Below are positions 47,999 to 61,900 of a stretch of DNA of 64,000 nucleotides, piece by piece; the first letter of the stretch is position 1, and the number at the start of each line of letters is the position of its first letter. The stretch is from Mizuhopecten yessoensis (taxonomy: Eukaryota): contig NW_018404492.1 in assembly GCF_002113885.1 (NCBI RefSeq), positions 3,097,109-3,161,108 on the forward strand, in the 5' to 3' direction. The notes under the pieces are model-generated. The model was not told the DNA's origin. It worked only from the letters and a program-made list of their open reading frames with translations, and did no database searches. A program made the translations under genes and the position numbers.

Positions 47999-49039
47999 TT
48001 ACTTACAAAACAAGAATGGTCAAACAAATTTTGTATTATTTTAAATAAAGTTATGGACAATTTTCAAACAAGTGTCAAAACTAAAGGACCCGAAGGTCGT
48101 TGCCTGCTAGGCAACCTGACGAGCTCTTGCAGAGCAAAACGGTCAAACAGAAATCATACAAATACAATAAAATCTGTGGTTTGACTTACGTGTTTGTGGG
48201 TTTTTTTCATGGTTAGTCATTTCAATATTAAAACAATTTTTCAAACCATAAAAAATACTTATCATGGGTCCTCCAACTTCAAACTATGATGGTGTAACCT
48301 TCAGACTTAAGTATTAATCAGCATGTCATTGAGATATCTTGCAATTTCCAGTTTACACTTCCATTCACACAAATCACAGTTATCGCAAACCAGAGTTATT
48401 GCGTCATAACCTGACTATCAAATTTCTACGACATCAACAACAAAATATGTGGTTATGTAAACTCTACCAATGAGACCATCGAGTGACATCATTAACAGTA
48501 GATTCAATTTCAGGCGGTAAATATAAGGAAACGTTTTCTATTGTGGTCAGGTTATGAGGTTATAACTCCAATTGAGTATGAGTTAATTTATTGTAGATGG
48601 TTTCTGTGCCGTCTATGATAATTTCACTCATGATTAACTGGATTTATGATATCATAACCTGACCAAAATAGAAAACTATTCCTTAGCTGCAGCACACTTT
48701 GTAGTGCCAGCCGACTGAAGTACTGTGCCATATCAGATACAAATACCCTGCCAAAAACCATCAGAAGGCAAAACCTACAACACTGAAAGCGGACGATTTA
48801 TAACCAACTGAGCTTTTTGGGAGGGTTTTGACAGAACCAACACTGAATTAGAATATGAAAGCAGTTTATTTCACTGTTTCACCCTATGAGAGCTCATCAG
48901 GCTGTTTGGTAGACAACGACAATGTTTTTCCCTTCTTTTTACAAGTCAATTTACTTCCCATTATCACTTCAAAAGTACTTCAGATTTTTGTCTTCATTCG
49001 CTGGCTGGGCATTTTGGTCTGTTGATGATGACGAGGCCA

Positions 49040-49663
49040 GAGGTGTACATGATAGTCTTGAAAGCAGTTTTCCAACTTATTCTGGTAGAACCACACTTTT
49101 AAATGGAAGTGTTGCACTTGTCACCATTTCCTGACAGAATACGTGATCAAGATGTATCCTTTGTGTAAAAACACTCTGTTTTCGTCCAAACAACAAAGTC
49201 GCAATATTCCGCATTTGATAAAAGTAGCTGACACTGCACTTAATAAAAATAAGCATGGTTACGCTTTACGCAGAGTTGGTTCCAGACAATCTATGGCATC
49301 TGTTATTGCTGCATCTTTCTGACAGTAAGGACATTTCACCTCAAGTATAACCTCTCCACAGCAGTCACAGTAGGCAACTTCATCTGGAGATGCACCGGTA
49401 AAGGGATATCTTGGATTGATGATGATCATGAGGCCACAATCCCTCAAATGGAAATTCTCATGCATCTCTGTCATTTCCTGCTGGTATTGTTCTTTTGCTG
49501 TCTTCTTGTGATGACATCCCCACTTCGTAGCTGAATTTGAAAAGCTTTTGGATGTAGGGTAGCAAATGTCCTTCACGAGACTCAGTGATGGGGCTTTAGG
49601 AGAGTCCTGCAGGCTCCTTCCATTCTTGATGCTGTTATCTGTCCTGCACGAAACCGAAACCAT
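49040..49663 (-). pseudogene. YqaJ/lambda-exonuclease-like ORF, disrupted
   Basis: ATKWG, CGL..INPRYPFTGASPD, CDCCG, LEVKCPY, then HAYFY*VQCQL...YCDFVVWT after a frameshift. Confidence 0.82.
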
Positions 49664-50094
49664 GGTTTGTTGTTTGTCTTTGACCTTTTGTCCATCTCAC
49701 AATTTTATGCTTCTTGCTATGTAACTGTCAAATAATTAAAACACTTTTTCACATTTTATCATCAAAGTTTCTCAATCAATGGTTGCATATGAGTCGTCGT
49801 AGACCTCCGATAACACTTTTGGGTACCTTCTCACCCGGGTGAGAAATCGTGCAGAGGTGAGAAATCGTGTTGCGAACTCAGCATGTGAGAAATCGTGTCG
49901 GGGTGAGAAATCGTGCCGTAACACATGTAAGTTTGGGGAACATGTTAGTTGATGTAAAATGAAATGCATCCAATCAAAACTGCATTTAAAATTACCTAGC
50001 TGGCACGTCCAGGTGATTTGGGGTCAACAATTTTTCGAGAATGCAGTTTTTATAGTTACTGTATTTATGGCAGCTATTATATAGTGACATATAG

Positions 50095-50500
50095 TGACAG
50101 ATATTACAAATATACAAACTATCACAGACAGATATTACACATGTACACACTCTCACAGACAGATATTACACATGTACACACTTTCACAGACAGATATTAC
50201 ACATGTACATACTCTCACAAACAGATATTACAAATATACAAACTATCACAGACAGATATTACACGTGTACGAACTCTCACAGACATATATTACACATGTA
50301 CAAACTATCACAGACAGATATTACACATGTACACATCTCACAGACAGATATTACACATGTACACACTCTCACAAACAGATATTACACATGTACACACTAT
50401 CACAGACAGGTATTACATATGTACACACTAACAAATACAGGTATTACACATGTACACTCTCACAGAAAGATATTACACATGTACACACTCTCACAGACAA
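50095..50500. repeat. 31-bp minisatellite, ~13 copies
   Basis: Unit acagacagatattacacatgtacacactctc; explains three overlapping repetitive ORFs. Confidence 0.95.
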
Positions 50501-51799
50501 GTGTAATACTTATTTTTGATAATAAACAGTGTTCTACTTTCGTTTTCAAAGAGATACAACAAAACTAGAGAATAATTTCCATTACAAAATGATTTCACTT
50601 CAATATATATAATTATAAACACTTTTACCTGTTTGTGTCCGCATTTTCTTCATTGAAAGCGTAATACATGAACTGCAGCCGGTAATTTTAATTAGGAACA
50701 AAAATACGAAACTAAAACAAAATTTGTGTATAAAGGGAAATAGCTCGAGAGAACACATTTGACTGATACTCGTTACACTGTTGGTCGAACCGACTGTTTT
50801 CTGCACCAAATCACATATTTCCCGATAAGAAATGAAAGACTACCCCATACGACCCAGTTATGAACCAAATACTTCTTTATTACAGTGAAATATCACCTTT
50901 GTAGACGTATTTACTTCTATCTGCCATATTTTTTCGGGAAATATGCGATTTGGTGCCGAAAACATCACCGAATTGCCGTGACTATGACCCAATACTATAT
51001 TACTTCTTTGACCCTTACATATTACGTAATATATACGTCTTTGATCATCCGAAAGCAAAATACTAAAAAACATGAAAACTTGATCCATATATACTTTTAA
51101 TAACCCTGAGTTTGTGACACTAATTAGGAAATAACAGAAATCTGTTATCTGGAGTACGACTCCATTCTGGATTCGGGCAAATATCCCGGCTCTGTGCCCC
51201 CGGGCACTTAACAATCCAAGTTCCTGATGTCTTCCGAAGAATTACAAATTCCACTTGCAAACCACTTATATAATATGAACAGAAGACGTAGCAGTCTATG
51301 TGATTAGTTATAATTTTGAACAGTGTCATGTAAGCCATTTTAGGCTGAATATCATATACAATTACATTTTCTATGTTATGCATTTGTTAAATATGATACC
51401 AGGTGTCAATCAGAAACATTTTTTATGAAAATAATCTTCCGTTTAAATTATAATTAGCTACTAGTTAGTGTGAAGTTAGCAGACCTCGCTGGTAGGGGGC
51501 TCCCCAATCCTTGGAAACCTAAATTTCACTACAATGTAGAACGAGGAAATTATTCATTTCATTTATCACCATTGTTATTGGGTTTTTTAAAGGCATCATG
51601 TTTTAAGGCAGGAAATGTAAAAGAAACCTTTTAACTATTATAGTATTTAATATGTAAGGACAAAATCCAGGATTTTGTTAGATAGGGGCTGTCCCAATCA
51701 CCTGCTCTCTGGATTTTTTTTAAGTTATAACAACTATCGATATAATATGTATAAATATAGATTTGTTCCAATATATACTAAAGATACATGGTTGTGAAA

Positions 51800-53050
51800 A
51801 GTAAATCTACTCTTACTAAATACTCGTCAAATTTATTTAAACAAATTTAAGTCTTTAAAAACATCAAGTTATATGAATGCATAACCACGGACTTTATCCA
51901 ATTCCGTGTACAATATCTAATTTGAACATAAACTTAGTCCCGTGCAATTGAATAGATTCTTGATATATGAAATCCATTTAAAATCAGCGAAATCATTTTC
52001 ATGTAATGCATAAGCTTGTACATTATACTAGACAATTTATTTTCACCTGTAATTAGTTTATACCAAAACATTATCATTCTAGATTTAATTTCATTATTCA
52101 GAGGGTACTTAACCGTTTCACCATATACCATTATATTATATTTGCTGTGGAGCTTCGTATGTTTAAAATTCTTTTACAAAACTGTACATGTAATTTCTCA
52201 ATCATATTGGTATTTTTAAACACCAAAATTACAAATGGATTGGGGATAATAAAATATCAAACAATTTTAATTGTAGGTCAATTGGTAAAATAATATTTCT
52301 ATTTTTTTTATATAATGCATACATTGCTTTTTGAGCCTGTTCAACAAGTTTTTTTCTTGCTTTACAGAAACTGCCATTAAAATGAAACAGCAGTCCTAGA
52401 AACGAGTAGCTTTCATGTGTTTGCAACTCTTCACCAAAAAGAGTAAAACGAAAATTGTGTGCAATTACATTTCCTTTTTTCAAAGATAACAACTTTACTT
52501 TTATTGAGATTAACTTTAAGTTTCCAAATAATACAGTAAGTTTCAAATTCACGGAAAGCATTCTGTAGACCTTTAGCTGTTTCTGACATAACAACTGTGT
52601 CATCTGCATATGTAGCAGAATAAATAATTTAACAAATATACCCATGCGTTCTTGAAATAAATTGTCAATATACTGGAGTTGGTCAACTTTACTTTGCATG
52701 AAAAAATCTTCTAAATCATTTAAATATATTGAGAACAAAAATGGGGAGAGATTTTCACCTTGTTTTACCCCGACGTGACAAGTGAAAAAATCAGTCATAC
52801 CATTGCTAGATTTTACGCAAGTATTAGTGTTTGCATACAGATTAATTATAGCATTAAATATATTTCCTGTGATATAATTCTTTGATAATTTCTTCCATAA
52901 ACCTACCCTCCAAACAGTGTCAAACGTTTTTCTGAAATCAATGAATGAACAGAATAGCTTTTTATTTTTTGAAAAGTATATAGATATTAAAGCATGAAGG
53001 ATAAATATATTTTTAGTTGTAGAGTAGCCTTTCCTAAAACCAGCTAGAAC
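51800..53050 (-). mobile_element. Non-LTR retrotransposon RT fragment, frameshifted
   Basis: FIDFRKTFDTVWRVGLW, GVKQGENLSPFLFSIYLNDL, frameshifted YADD, YSFLG, MVYGE. Confidence 0.88.
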
Positions 53051-54863
53051 ATTGGAACAAGAAGTCTATTGTCTACTATTACGGAAATAGATAATCAGTT
53101 TTGACCACATCGGCCTTTGAAAAAAATTGAAACATAAAGCGTTTCGCCGTGTTTCTTTCTTCTTTACATATACAATTAATATACAGTATTGTTTTTTTCT
53201 AAAACAGATAAGGCCTAACAATCCAACATATGGACTTCAATATTTATTTACGTACAACACGTATTTCAATTAAATTATATTTACATATAGAATTATATTT
53301 AATTTTCAGATTGATGTCGCTTTTTTGTGTTGGAAAATTTCATATTTTATTTTATTTTAAGATCGTAGACGTGATGGGATTATAATCTACACATTAACAC
53401 CAATTAATTCACTCAAAATATATTCATGCTATTTATTAAAAGTTGAGTATAAGTTATGAAGTTATTAAAATTTAGTTATCATAATGTCATTTCCGATGTT
53501 TCAGGTGTTATGGCATCGCAATAACAATGTCATATATATAAATGAGAAAATAACCCAGATACATATTTATTATATATGTAATATATAATTCTCAGAACAA
53601 CCCTTTTTATAGAATAAAACAGAGACAAATATATGTATATGCGAACCTCGGCCTGGCAATTTATATATATATATATAGAATAAAAATAAATTTTTCAGAT
53701 CGTCCGCTAGGCCTTTCTGCCTTCTAGGGCTTCTTCAGGCGGATAAATATATATATTTAGTCCTATCCTGCCCCGTTCCTGTAATTGCAATTCTTTTATC
53801 AAATATACCTTATACCCGATAAGGATAATTAGATATCTACAATAAATATATATAAATAAGTCCGATCCTGCCCCGTTTCTGTCCATTCCTGTAAATCGTC
53901 GCCCGTTCTTGCCCGATCCATATCAATACAATACTTTTAATTCGTTGCAATCGTTTTATCAAATGACGTATCTTGTACCCGATAAAAAAGATATAATAAT
54001 ATAAATATATATAATTTAGTCCGATTCTGCCCCGATCATGTCATTGCAATCCTTTTATCAAATATATCTTATACCCGATAATGATACTTAAATGTATCTA
54101 ATATATAAATTCATTAATGTATATATAATAATTAATAGATTTCTGCCCGTTCCTGCCCGTTCCTGTAAATCGTCGAACCCCTATAGTCACGGCATTTCGG
54201 TGTTGTTTTCTGCACCAAATCGCATATTTCCAGATAGGATGTGACATATAGAAGTAAATAACTTCAAGAAATGTAATATTTCACAGTAATAAAGAAGTAT
54301 TTGGTTCATAACTGGGTCGTATGGTGTAGTATTGGGTCATAATCACGGCAATTCGGTGATGTTTTCGGCACCAAATCGCATATTTCCCGATAAAATATGG
54401 CAGATGCAAGTAAATAACGTCTACAAAGGTGATATTTCACAGTAATAAAGAAGTATTTGGTTCATAACTATTGGGTGGTATTGGGTAGTATTGGGAAATT
54501 AGACGCTCCCTAATTTTAAATCTATGTCGCTCTCACCGTGGACATGTTCGGTCTTGCATAATCCCCTCCACGCTTACGGTGATGTGTATTGCATTATCGC
54601 CTATTTACCTCCACATATTAATCCCTCCACACATTCTTTCCTATTGTGTTGCATATTAATCCCTCCACACATTCCATTGGTTTCCGTCTCCTATTGCGTC
54701 ATACATGCATATCTAGGTCAAAGGTCTGTTTTACCGGCTGGGCCTCCACACATTTCATAGGTTTTCCCTCCCCTATTGCGTCATACATGCATATCTAGGT
54801 CAAAAGGTCACCCTCCACACCCTCCACAAAATGTGTAGAGGCCTAGCCGGTAAAATACCACTA

Positions 54864-55046
54864 CTGCTTCCACTAATTGATATTGACTGATGTCAGAGTC
54901 TGTTTCCATATGTGAGTTTTCCACGTCTGAAACTACATGAAAGTTTTCAAACACAAACATCATATATATATCTGTACTGGCGTCAATCGCCAAAATTGCA
55001 TCATCGTTCGCTCTGCTGAAGTAGGGAGGATACAAACGCTCAGCAT
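54864..55046 (-). pseudogene. Truncated, internally deleted copy of the cGLR 5' coding region
   Basis: AERLYPPYFSRANDDAILAIDASTDIYMMFV...QYQLVEA matches cGLR aa ~54-111. Start codon and GS motif are deleted, DID is changed to DIY, and the rest of the gene is absent. Confidence 0.9.
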
Positions 55047-55835
55047 TTCTTATTTTCTGGATGCTTGTTGTGATCAAAATATCCAATTTTCACAGCTGCT
55101 GTATTTATTACATACATCGAGCAGTCGAGAAAAAATACAAAGGCTTTTCATTAAAATACAATTTGTACACAGTAATCTAAATACGACTTGCAAAAACAAG
55201 CACATCATGATAACAGCAAAATGTTACGAGGAAAATATTGGTGAAATTATTTTCATATTACGTTTATGAAAAAACAGCATGTATTATTTTCCGAGTTTAA
55301 GTATACATTAACTCTAAATATCTATTGGATACTTTGTTCACAACTCACTGATTGAAATAGCAAACTAAGTGGGACACACTGTAGACATAGAGTAACAAAT
55401 GAGATTGCATAAGTAAAATGGATACGGGAAGTTTGAGAGTGCGGTTGTGAATCCGCTGTTAAATCATTTAATATAGCTTTCTTTGGCATTTACAGGTCAG
55501 ATTCCACATGGCTAATGACGTATCGAGTCCATTAAACAATGAGAATATGCATGTATGCATTTTCCATCATTGTAATCGTGATACAGTGTATTTCATTTAG
55601 TCTACTATGGTACTTTAATACTGGTCTATAAAGGATCCATGCCATGCAGGCAACTTTTCTTCTATCACCACCTTGCTCTTCCTTTTTGGTGTTACCCCCC
55701 ACCCCCACACCACACCACCCCCACTCCCACCCAAAAAAAAGTATCTGAGGCTACGTCACACTCCTATCATCAAGCCTATTTATTATGCTGGATAGTACGT
55801 TTTGCGTAAGTCTACATTTTCCTACTTTGAATGTA

Positions 55836-57011
55836 CAGTTGGGAGCAAACTTAACTTGATATATAGTGCACTTTGTAGTGCAAACGTAGTGAACAAGGAA
55901 CTGCACTTGACAAAAACATTGAAGTGCACTCCAGTTTACTTAAGTGTTAACTCCAGTTCACTTAAATGTTACTCCAGTTCACTTCAGTGTTAGCTCCAGT
56001 GCACTACAGTGTTTACCAAAGTTTAAAAGACTGAAGTACATATTTCAATAATTGTTTATAATGAAAAGGGTTTCTTTGTGATATGAAAATTGAAAGAGAA
56101 AAGAAAGAATCATTCAACTGAATATTTCATAATATCGAATCAACGATACACATGTATTTTTTCTATTGCTTAAAATTTCAACTGAACATGTACATGTACA
56201 AAAAAGGAATGTGTACACTATCTCTGGTGATTATAGAAAATTTATAGATAGCTGTACTATTTCAAATGAAAAAGTTTAAAAGTATCATAGTAAGTTAAAT
56301 CACATTTCATATCAATGTTGTAGTGTCAGGATAGGGGATCAGTATCTGTTATGTGATATGGGTAAATGTGGTCAGTTTTCCTATAATTTTATACTTTTTA
56401 TGAAAGGTTTTTCTATAACACAACATCAATAGAGTAATTCGCTTATTTATTTTATATAAACAAGTCAAGAAAATATAAAATGTAAAACAAAAGCTTATAT
56501 CATGGCATGGACTATATAGATAAAAGGTAAATATCAAGCTAAAGATGTGTAATTAATCTAAGTTTGTTAATCCAAAGTTGCCTGAAGAAAAAATCTTTGA
56601 GTTAGTCTGATTTTGATATATTCTTTGTTATATATATATACACATCAGGTACATGTACATGCTGATGGTTGACTAAGAAAATACATCCCAAACCACCACC
56701 CCCTCCCCTGGTCTACTGTGTTCCCCTCACCAGTGTAGCAGGTATACAGCTGGCCTGGTGGTATTGTAATGCATTGCCACTTGTTAAAGTGATGATAAAA
56801 GTCATGGTTGCAGGGTGCAAGCACCTGTAGGTAAAGTTATATATATATGTACAAAAATGAAATAAGTTGATTGATTTACTAATAAAAAAAAACCAAATCA
56901 ATTAAGTTTCACAGGGAACTTCAAGTTTTAATCATACAGTTACAACTTTACTTCAGTGGCAGATTTAAAGATTGTTACCAGGGCAATGTAACCACCCCCT
57001 GACACATATTG

Positions 57012-57042
<31 letters not shown>

Positions 57043-58908
57043 TCACTGTTCTGTTCTTTATTTGCCAAAAGCCCTTATGCTTATAGGTACATACAAATAA
57101 ACATATAACATTCTCTAAACATAATTAGAATAGGCAGGAGAGTGACATCAAAGTATACATAAAACACCGTTCAATAATGTGCATATAACAATACTTAATT
57201 TAACGAATTACAATAATGGAACACCACAATACATAAACATTAAATTAACACCTCTTAAAAGCTAAATATAAATATTTTCCTAAATTGGATAGCTCTCTAA
57301 CATTATTATCTATATGGTATCTACCTGAGAATATATTGGCAATGATCACCCACTGACCATTCACCTGCGGTCACATGGGATTCTGATGGGCTGAACACCT
57401 TGTGTTAAGGCAATTAATTTTGTCAATTTATCCAGCCCATTGTTTGTCCAGTAGATACATAGGTAAATCAGTACACGATTACAGGTAAGATACTGTGGCT
57501 ACCCCTTTGTCCAGAAATGACAGCCTCGGGCACAATTCTATTTCAATACAGTGCCTTTGAAGTGTTTCACGCTACCTTATCCCTCAAATGGTTTACAAAC
57601 TGGGTGTTACATAAATAGTCAACACTAGTTGAAAACACACCCCAGCATCAATTAATTGGTCACTGAAACATGATAGAGCCTTTTTGTACATGTACGTTCA
57701 GGTTCCATAGTAGCCACAGGGCACACTGATGTTACAATAAAAGAACCAAAAGGTCACTTAGGAAATTAAAATTTTGAAAAAATCAAGATAAATCGGTAAG
57801 GATTATGAGAAGGTTCGATCTTACCTTTTTAAAACACACTCAAATCTGTTCTTTAAAAAAATATCCAAGGTCTTGGAGTTGTTAACATTATAGTTCATTT
57901 ATCTTTTTTTTTAAAACAGAATTACATACACACACATATATACATCACTATGGTATTTTTTATGCATAAATCATCTATTCTTTGGATAGGTGATCTGACA
58001 AAACCATTAGGTGTTTATTTTGATTGGATTATACACGTTTTTAATTTTTAGACATATTCAAAGTTAATTCTTATAATTTATTTTCATTGTTGACATGTAG
58101 TTAAATGTATTTTCTTACTAGAAACACAGACTTATAGAGAATCTAGTTTCGTACTAGAAAACTACACACTTCCTAGAATCAATATTATTTGTTTTTTAGT
58201 GGGGTTTTTTAAGAAAGTCTAAGTTTACTTGATAACTTGATTTACAAAGAGAGAAATGAAAAAAATAAGACAATTTTCTCCTGTGCTAGCTTCACGGTTC
58301 AGCGGGTGAAATTTACCTGTGGAAAAGTCAATTTGGATACCTACATATTTAATTCTTAACAAATAAATGTTGTGTTGTAATTCAGATCTTCATTCCTGTA
58401 ACTACAGTACATCATGAATGAGACAATACATATATTCATAGTATTTGTTCTTATTCACCTACATGAGCTCTCCATTTTTCTTCTTCAAAAAGAATATGCA
58501 GAAAAAGACTCACTATCATATACTGATAATATAATGCTATATTTGTATACTTAATGTAGACGTAATACTAGCACTGTGCTACTTATAAAGGAACTTCAAC
58601 GGTGATTATGTCTTTTATGTCTATTAACTTTAAACCACCAATACATGTATATATATGTACCATGGGTCCAAGTCGGTGCATGTACTAATAATCATATAGG
58701 TCATCACGCTCTATAGTTATTATGCTATTTTCCTAAAAGGATACTAAGAAAATTACCTTGTGAACGGTAGTTAACTCCAGTGGACATTGATGTGAACTCC
58801 AGTTAATTATTTCAGTGTTAACTCCAGTTCACAAGCTAGTGAGTTGGAGTTCACTTTTCTTGTTAACTCCAGTGCACTAGGCAATCAAGTTAAGTTTGCT
58901 GCCAGCTG
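55836..58908. mobile_element. Longer mirror copy of the Tc1/mariner-like non-autonomous element
   Basis: TA|CAGTTGGGAGCAAACTTAACTTGAT ... ATCAAGTTAAGTTTGCTGCCAGCTG|TA; ~0.9 kb longer than the left-arm copy. Confidence 0.72.
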
Positions 58909-61900
58909 TACAGCCACTGCATTGCTTTATAAATACTATAATCCTCGTCGAGACGTTCCCCAATACAGAAACACATCACCGGACATTTCATTGGCATTAC
59001 ATAACGATATTCTGATTACCGCTTTATTAAGCACCCTTTGTAAACAGTATACATCCCCTAACTCGACATGTGAATTAAACACTCACTAAACAAGAAGTAT
59101 ATAAAATATTTATCCCGTTCCATGACGTTATAATACAAAATGTTCAACACGCAGATGTGAACAATGCTTTATTCGTATTCATTGATCCCTGCCGGCTATC
59201 AAAACGTCTGCCATGAACACCCTATTCTCACATATTATGGTTAACCATGTACTGTCTGAAATTAATCTGACAGCAAGTTTATATTATATGTGAAATAGCC
59301 GAACTAACAAGTCAATACGGAATGAGGTTTACAATGTCCACCTCATTATGTGTCATCTGATTCCACCATTTTAAAAATCATGATTCGTCAGCAGCCTCCT
59401 CGTAAATGTTGGCAAGATTATGGTACGTCATCATACCGCAAAACAGTACACACTCAGACAAATTACATATGGGTGTTTCTGTTACAAAGCGGCTAGCACA
59501 TATGTGGTTCGTATATTAGTGAGTTCATTTCATATGATATTTTATGAAACGAGTCTTAGGAGTTTTTATTTTTGCGAGCCTTTGGGAGCAAACATTAAAT
59601 CTTCTAGACGAGTTTCATAAAATCTCATATGGAATGTAAACAAATCTAAGATACTTTTTATCACATAACTCAGAAAACTTACATTTTGACGGGTTTTAAA
59701 GCCAAATTGTAGAGGGCTTAATCAAACGGAGACAGCCATTTTGTTGCGCCATTCACAATTTATGAGGTCACGTCATTGTCCATATTATGACGTCACAATC
59801 GATTTCTGACTGGCACAGCCAATGAAAAACGCTCCAGGGTATATTACACTAGTGACATATGTAAAAATATTACACGGGCTAATTCACTGGATAACAGGCC
59901 GATTATATGATAAACATATATATCTATATTGTTAAAGCGTCCTACCCACAACCGCCCACCACTCACGTTTCTCTTTCAACAGTAGTGTAAAGCAATTTGA
60001 ACGTTGATCTTTTCTGTCTCTGGCACCACCAAGGAGTCACCGACAGAACGTAACATTTGTATTGTGCATGCAATTCATGGAATAATGCTTTTATTACAAA
60101 ATTTATTTTTGAAGATGCAATCATCAGAGTGTAACTTATGATCATTCTCTTGCGGAGAACTTTTTGAAGGGAATGATGTACATTAACCTGGATTGTTTTG
60201 TTAGGAAATGCATCTTTTGAATTATTACGGGAAGGGTAACTATAAAAAGTAAACTCTGTCAAGGATTTATTACTATAATAAGAAAAAAACTTACATGAAA
60301 TCCTCGCTACATCTAAATAATAGTGGAAAGCTGTTTTCATGTACTTTATGAAAGCATGATTGAATTCATGGACGACTCCGCGCTCTCGGAATCATGCGAC
60401 TGATTGTTTTTTCTTAGGGACTGTAATTTATTCATGTACATGCAGACAGACAGTCATATTCTTTATTTCCTCCATATAGAGATTACATGTCTTACATGCG
60501 TGAACTGCTACAATAATAAATTCGTTTCAATTATAGAAAACATTGTAAATAAATGTCATATTGTTATGTTATTAACACTGCAGATTATTTACATACTACA
60601 TTGTCAGTACAACTGACCTCTCCGAAATTGAGATTCACTTCCCAAGACAAATGATAACTTCAGAAAGCATGTGCTCTACACAGCGTGCGACTCCGATGAT
60701 GCAGTTCTCTCTTTCATCATCATCTTTTTCCATCACCATTCTACTACCTACGAGAAACAGGTACTGATCGTCTTCTTCCAACAAATCAAATTTGACATAA
60801 TCAGTAACCTTTAGCGTATTTAAAACATGCTCTGTAAGCTTATCCCTACTGCTACTTGCTTATGTACCTATCATGTTTTATGGCTTTTTATAACAAGATG
60901 TGTATATCGGTACCCTATTGTGATTTATGTTAAATCATGAAGGGCACTAACCAGATGTGGATATATGGCTTAATTCACACAGGGAATCAAATAACTTGTG
61001 ATGTTTGTGAAGTGCTATCAGCCTCGTGCATGGTATGTGTATTTGTACAAGTACGTTGTATGGCGCGTTCATTGAATATCATCACGGACATAACCCAGTG
61101 TGGTGTATATATTATATATCTCCTTGCATCTCTATTTGTCATAATTGAAAGCACAACAAAACATTACATCAAGATTAGGAATAGCTACCATTAAAGGCGG
61201 TATTTATTATTATTGACATATAAAAGTAACGTATGAACCATAAAGTAAGTTTGCACAAAAATATGATAATACCTAAAACTATCTTCATTCATATAAATGA
61301 GTATAGTGAATGGGGTCCAATCACAAATTGTTATAACCGCCTTTGTTCCAATATACAAACAATATGTATACAAAAGGCAACGTCACATTAGTTAGAATAT
61401 AAACATTGTGATGTTAACTCATGTTAAAGGTCATAAACAAACAAAACAGTTAGTAATCACATACTCTTACCTGTACAATATAACATAGTTAGAAAGGTAT
61501 TTTACAACTTGAACCAAATTTGTTTTATTGACTTTAATCTCAGACCACCCATCAAAGTCATGGAAAGCTTATTTTTATAAGTATAAGCATGTTTTCAAAT
61601 TTTATAACAATCCATGACCACGTTTGATGTGAAATCACAATAATGAACATGATACACAATTTAAGAAATCCTGTCCCACTGGATTTTTTCCCGTATGCAC
61701 AGTTAGTAACCTCCCTTCAGCTGCCGTTTGGGTATAACTACATGTATAGCACGGTTGGGTTAGGATACTTCCATTGACCAGGTAGCTCAATAGCTTAGAG
61801 CGAAAGTATAATAATCTCATGTGACCCAGTGTTCGAAACCCGGTCTAGCTCCGCTGAACTTTTGTTACTTCTTTAAACACTTTGTTGTTTTGGTGGTTTT

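Larger units (their letters stand above)
41640..49670 (+). mobile_element. Decayed ISL2EU-type (PIF/Harbinger-related) DNA transposon: THAP-HTH-DDE transposase (+) and convergent YqaJ exonuclease (-)
   Basis: THAP exon 41744-41971 (CSDHFITG) joins in phase 1 to 46846 (GKKADLY..NPDWAPSL). Then HYTGL...LMKLRLN, WPEREEL, YKHHNTVKFLIGTTPQG, MLAD, IPVFTRGKSQLS..IAHTRIHVKRVI to 47998. YqaJ motifs at 49040-49663. Many frameshifts; right end not found. Confidence 0.8.
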
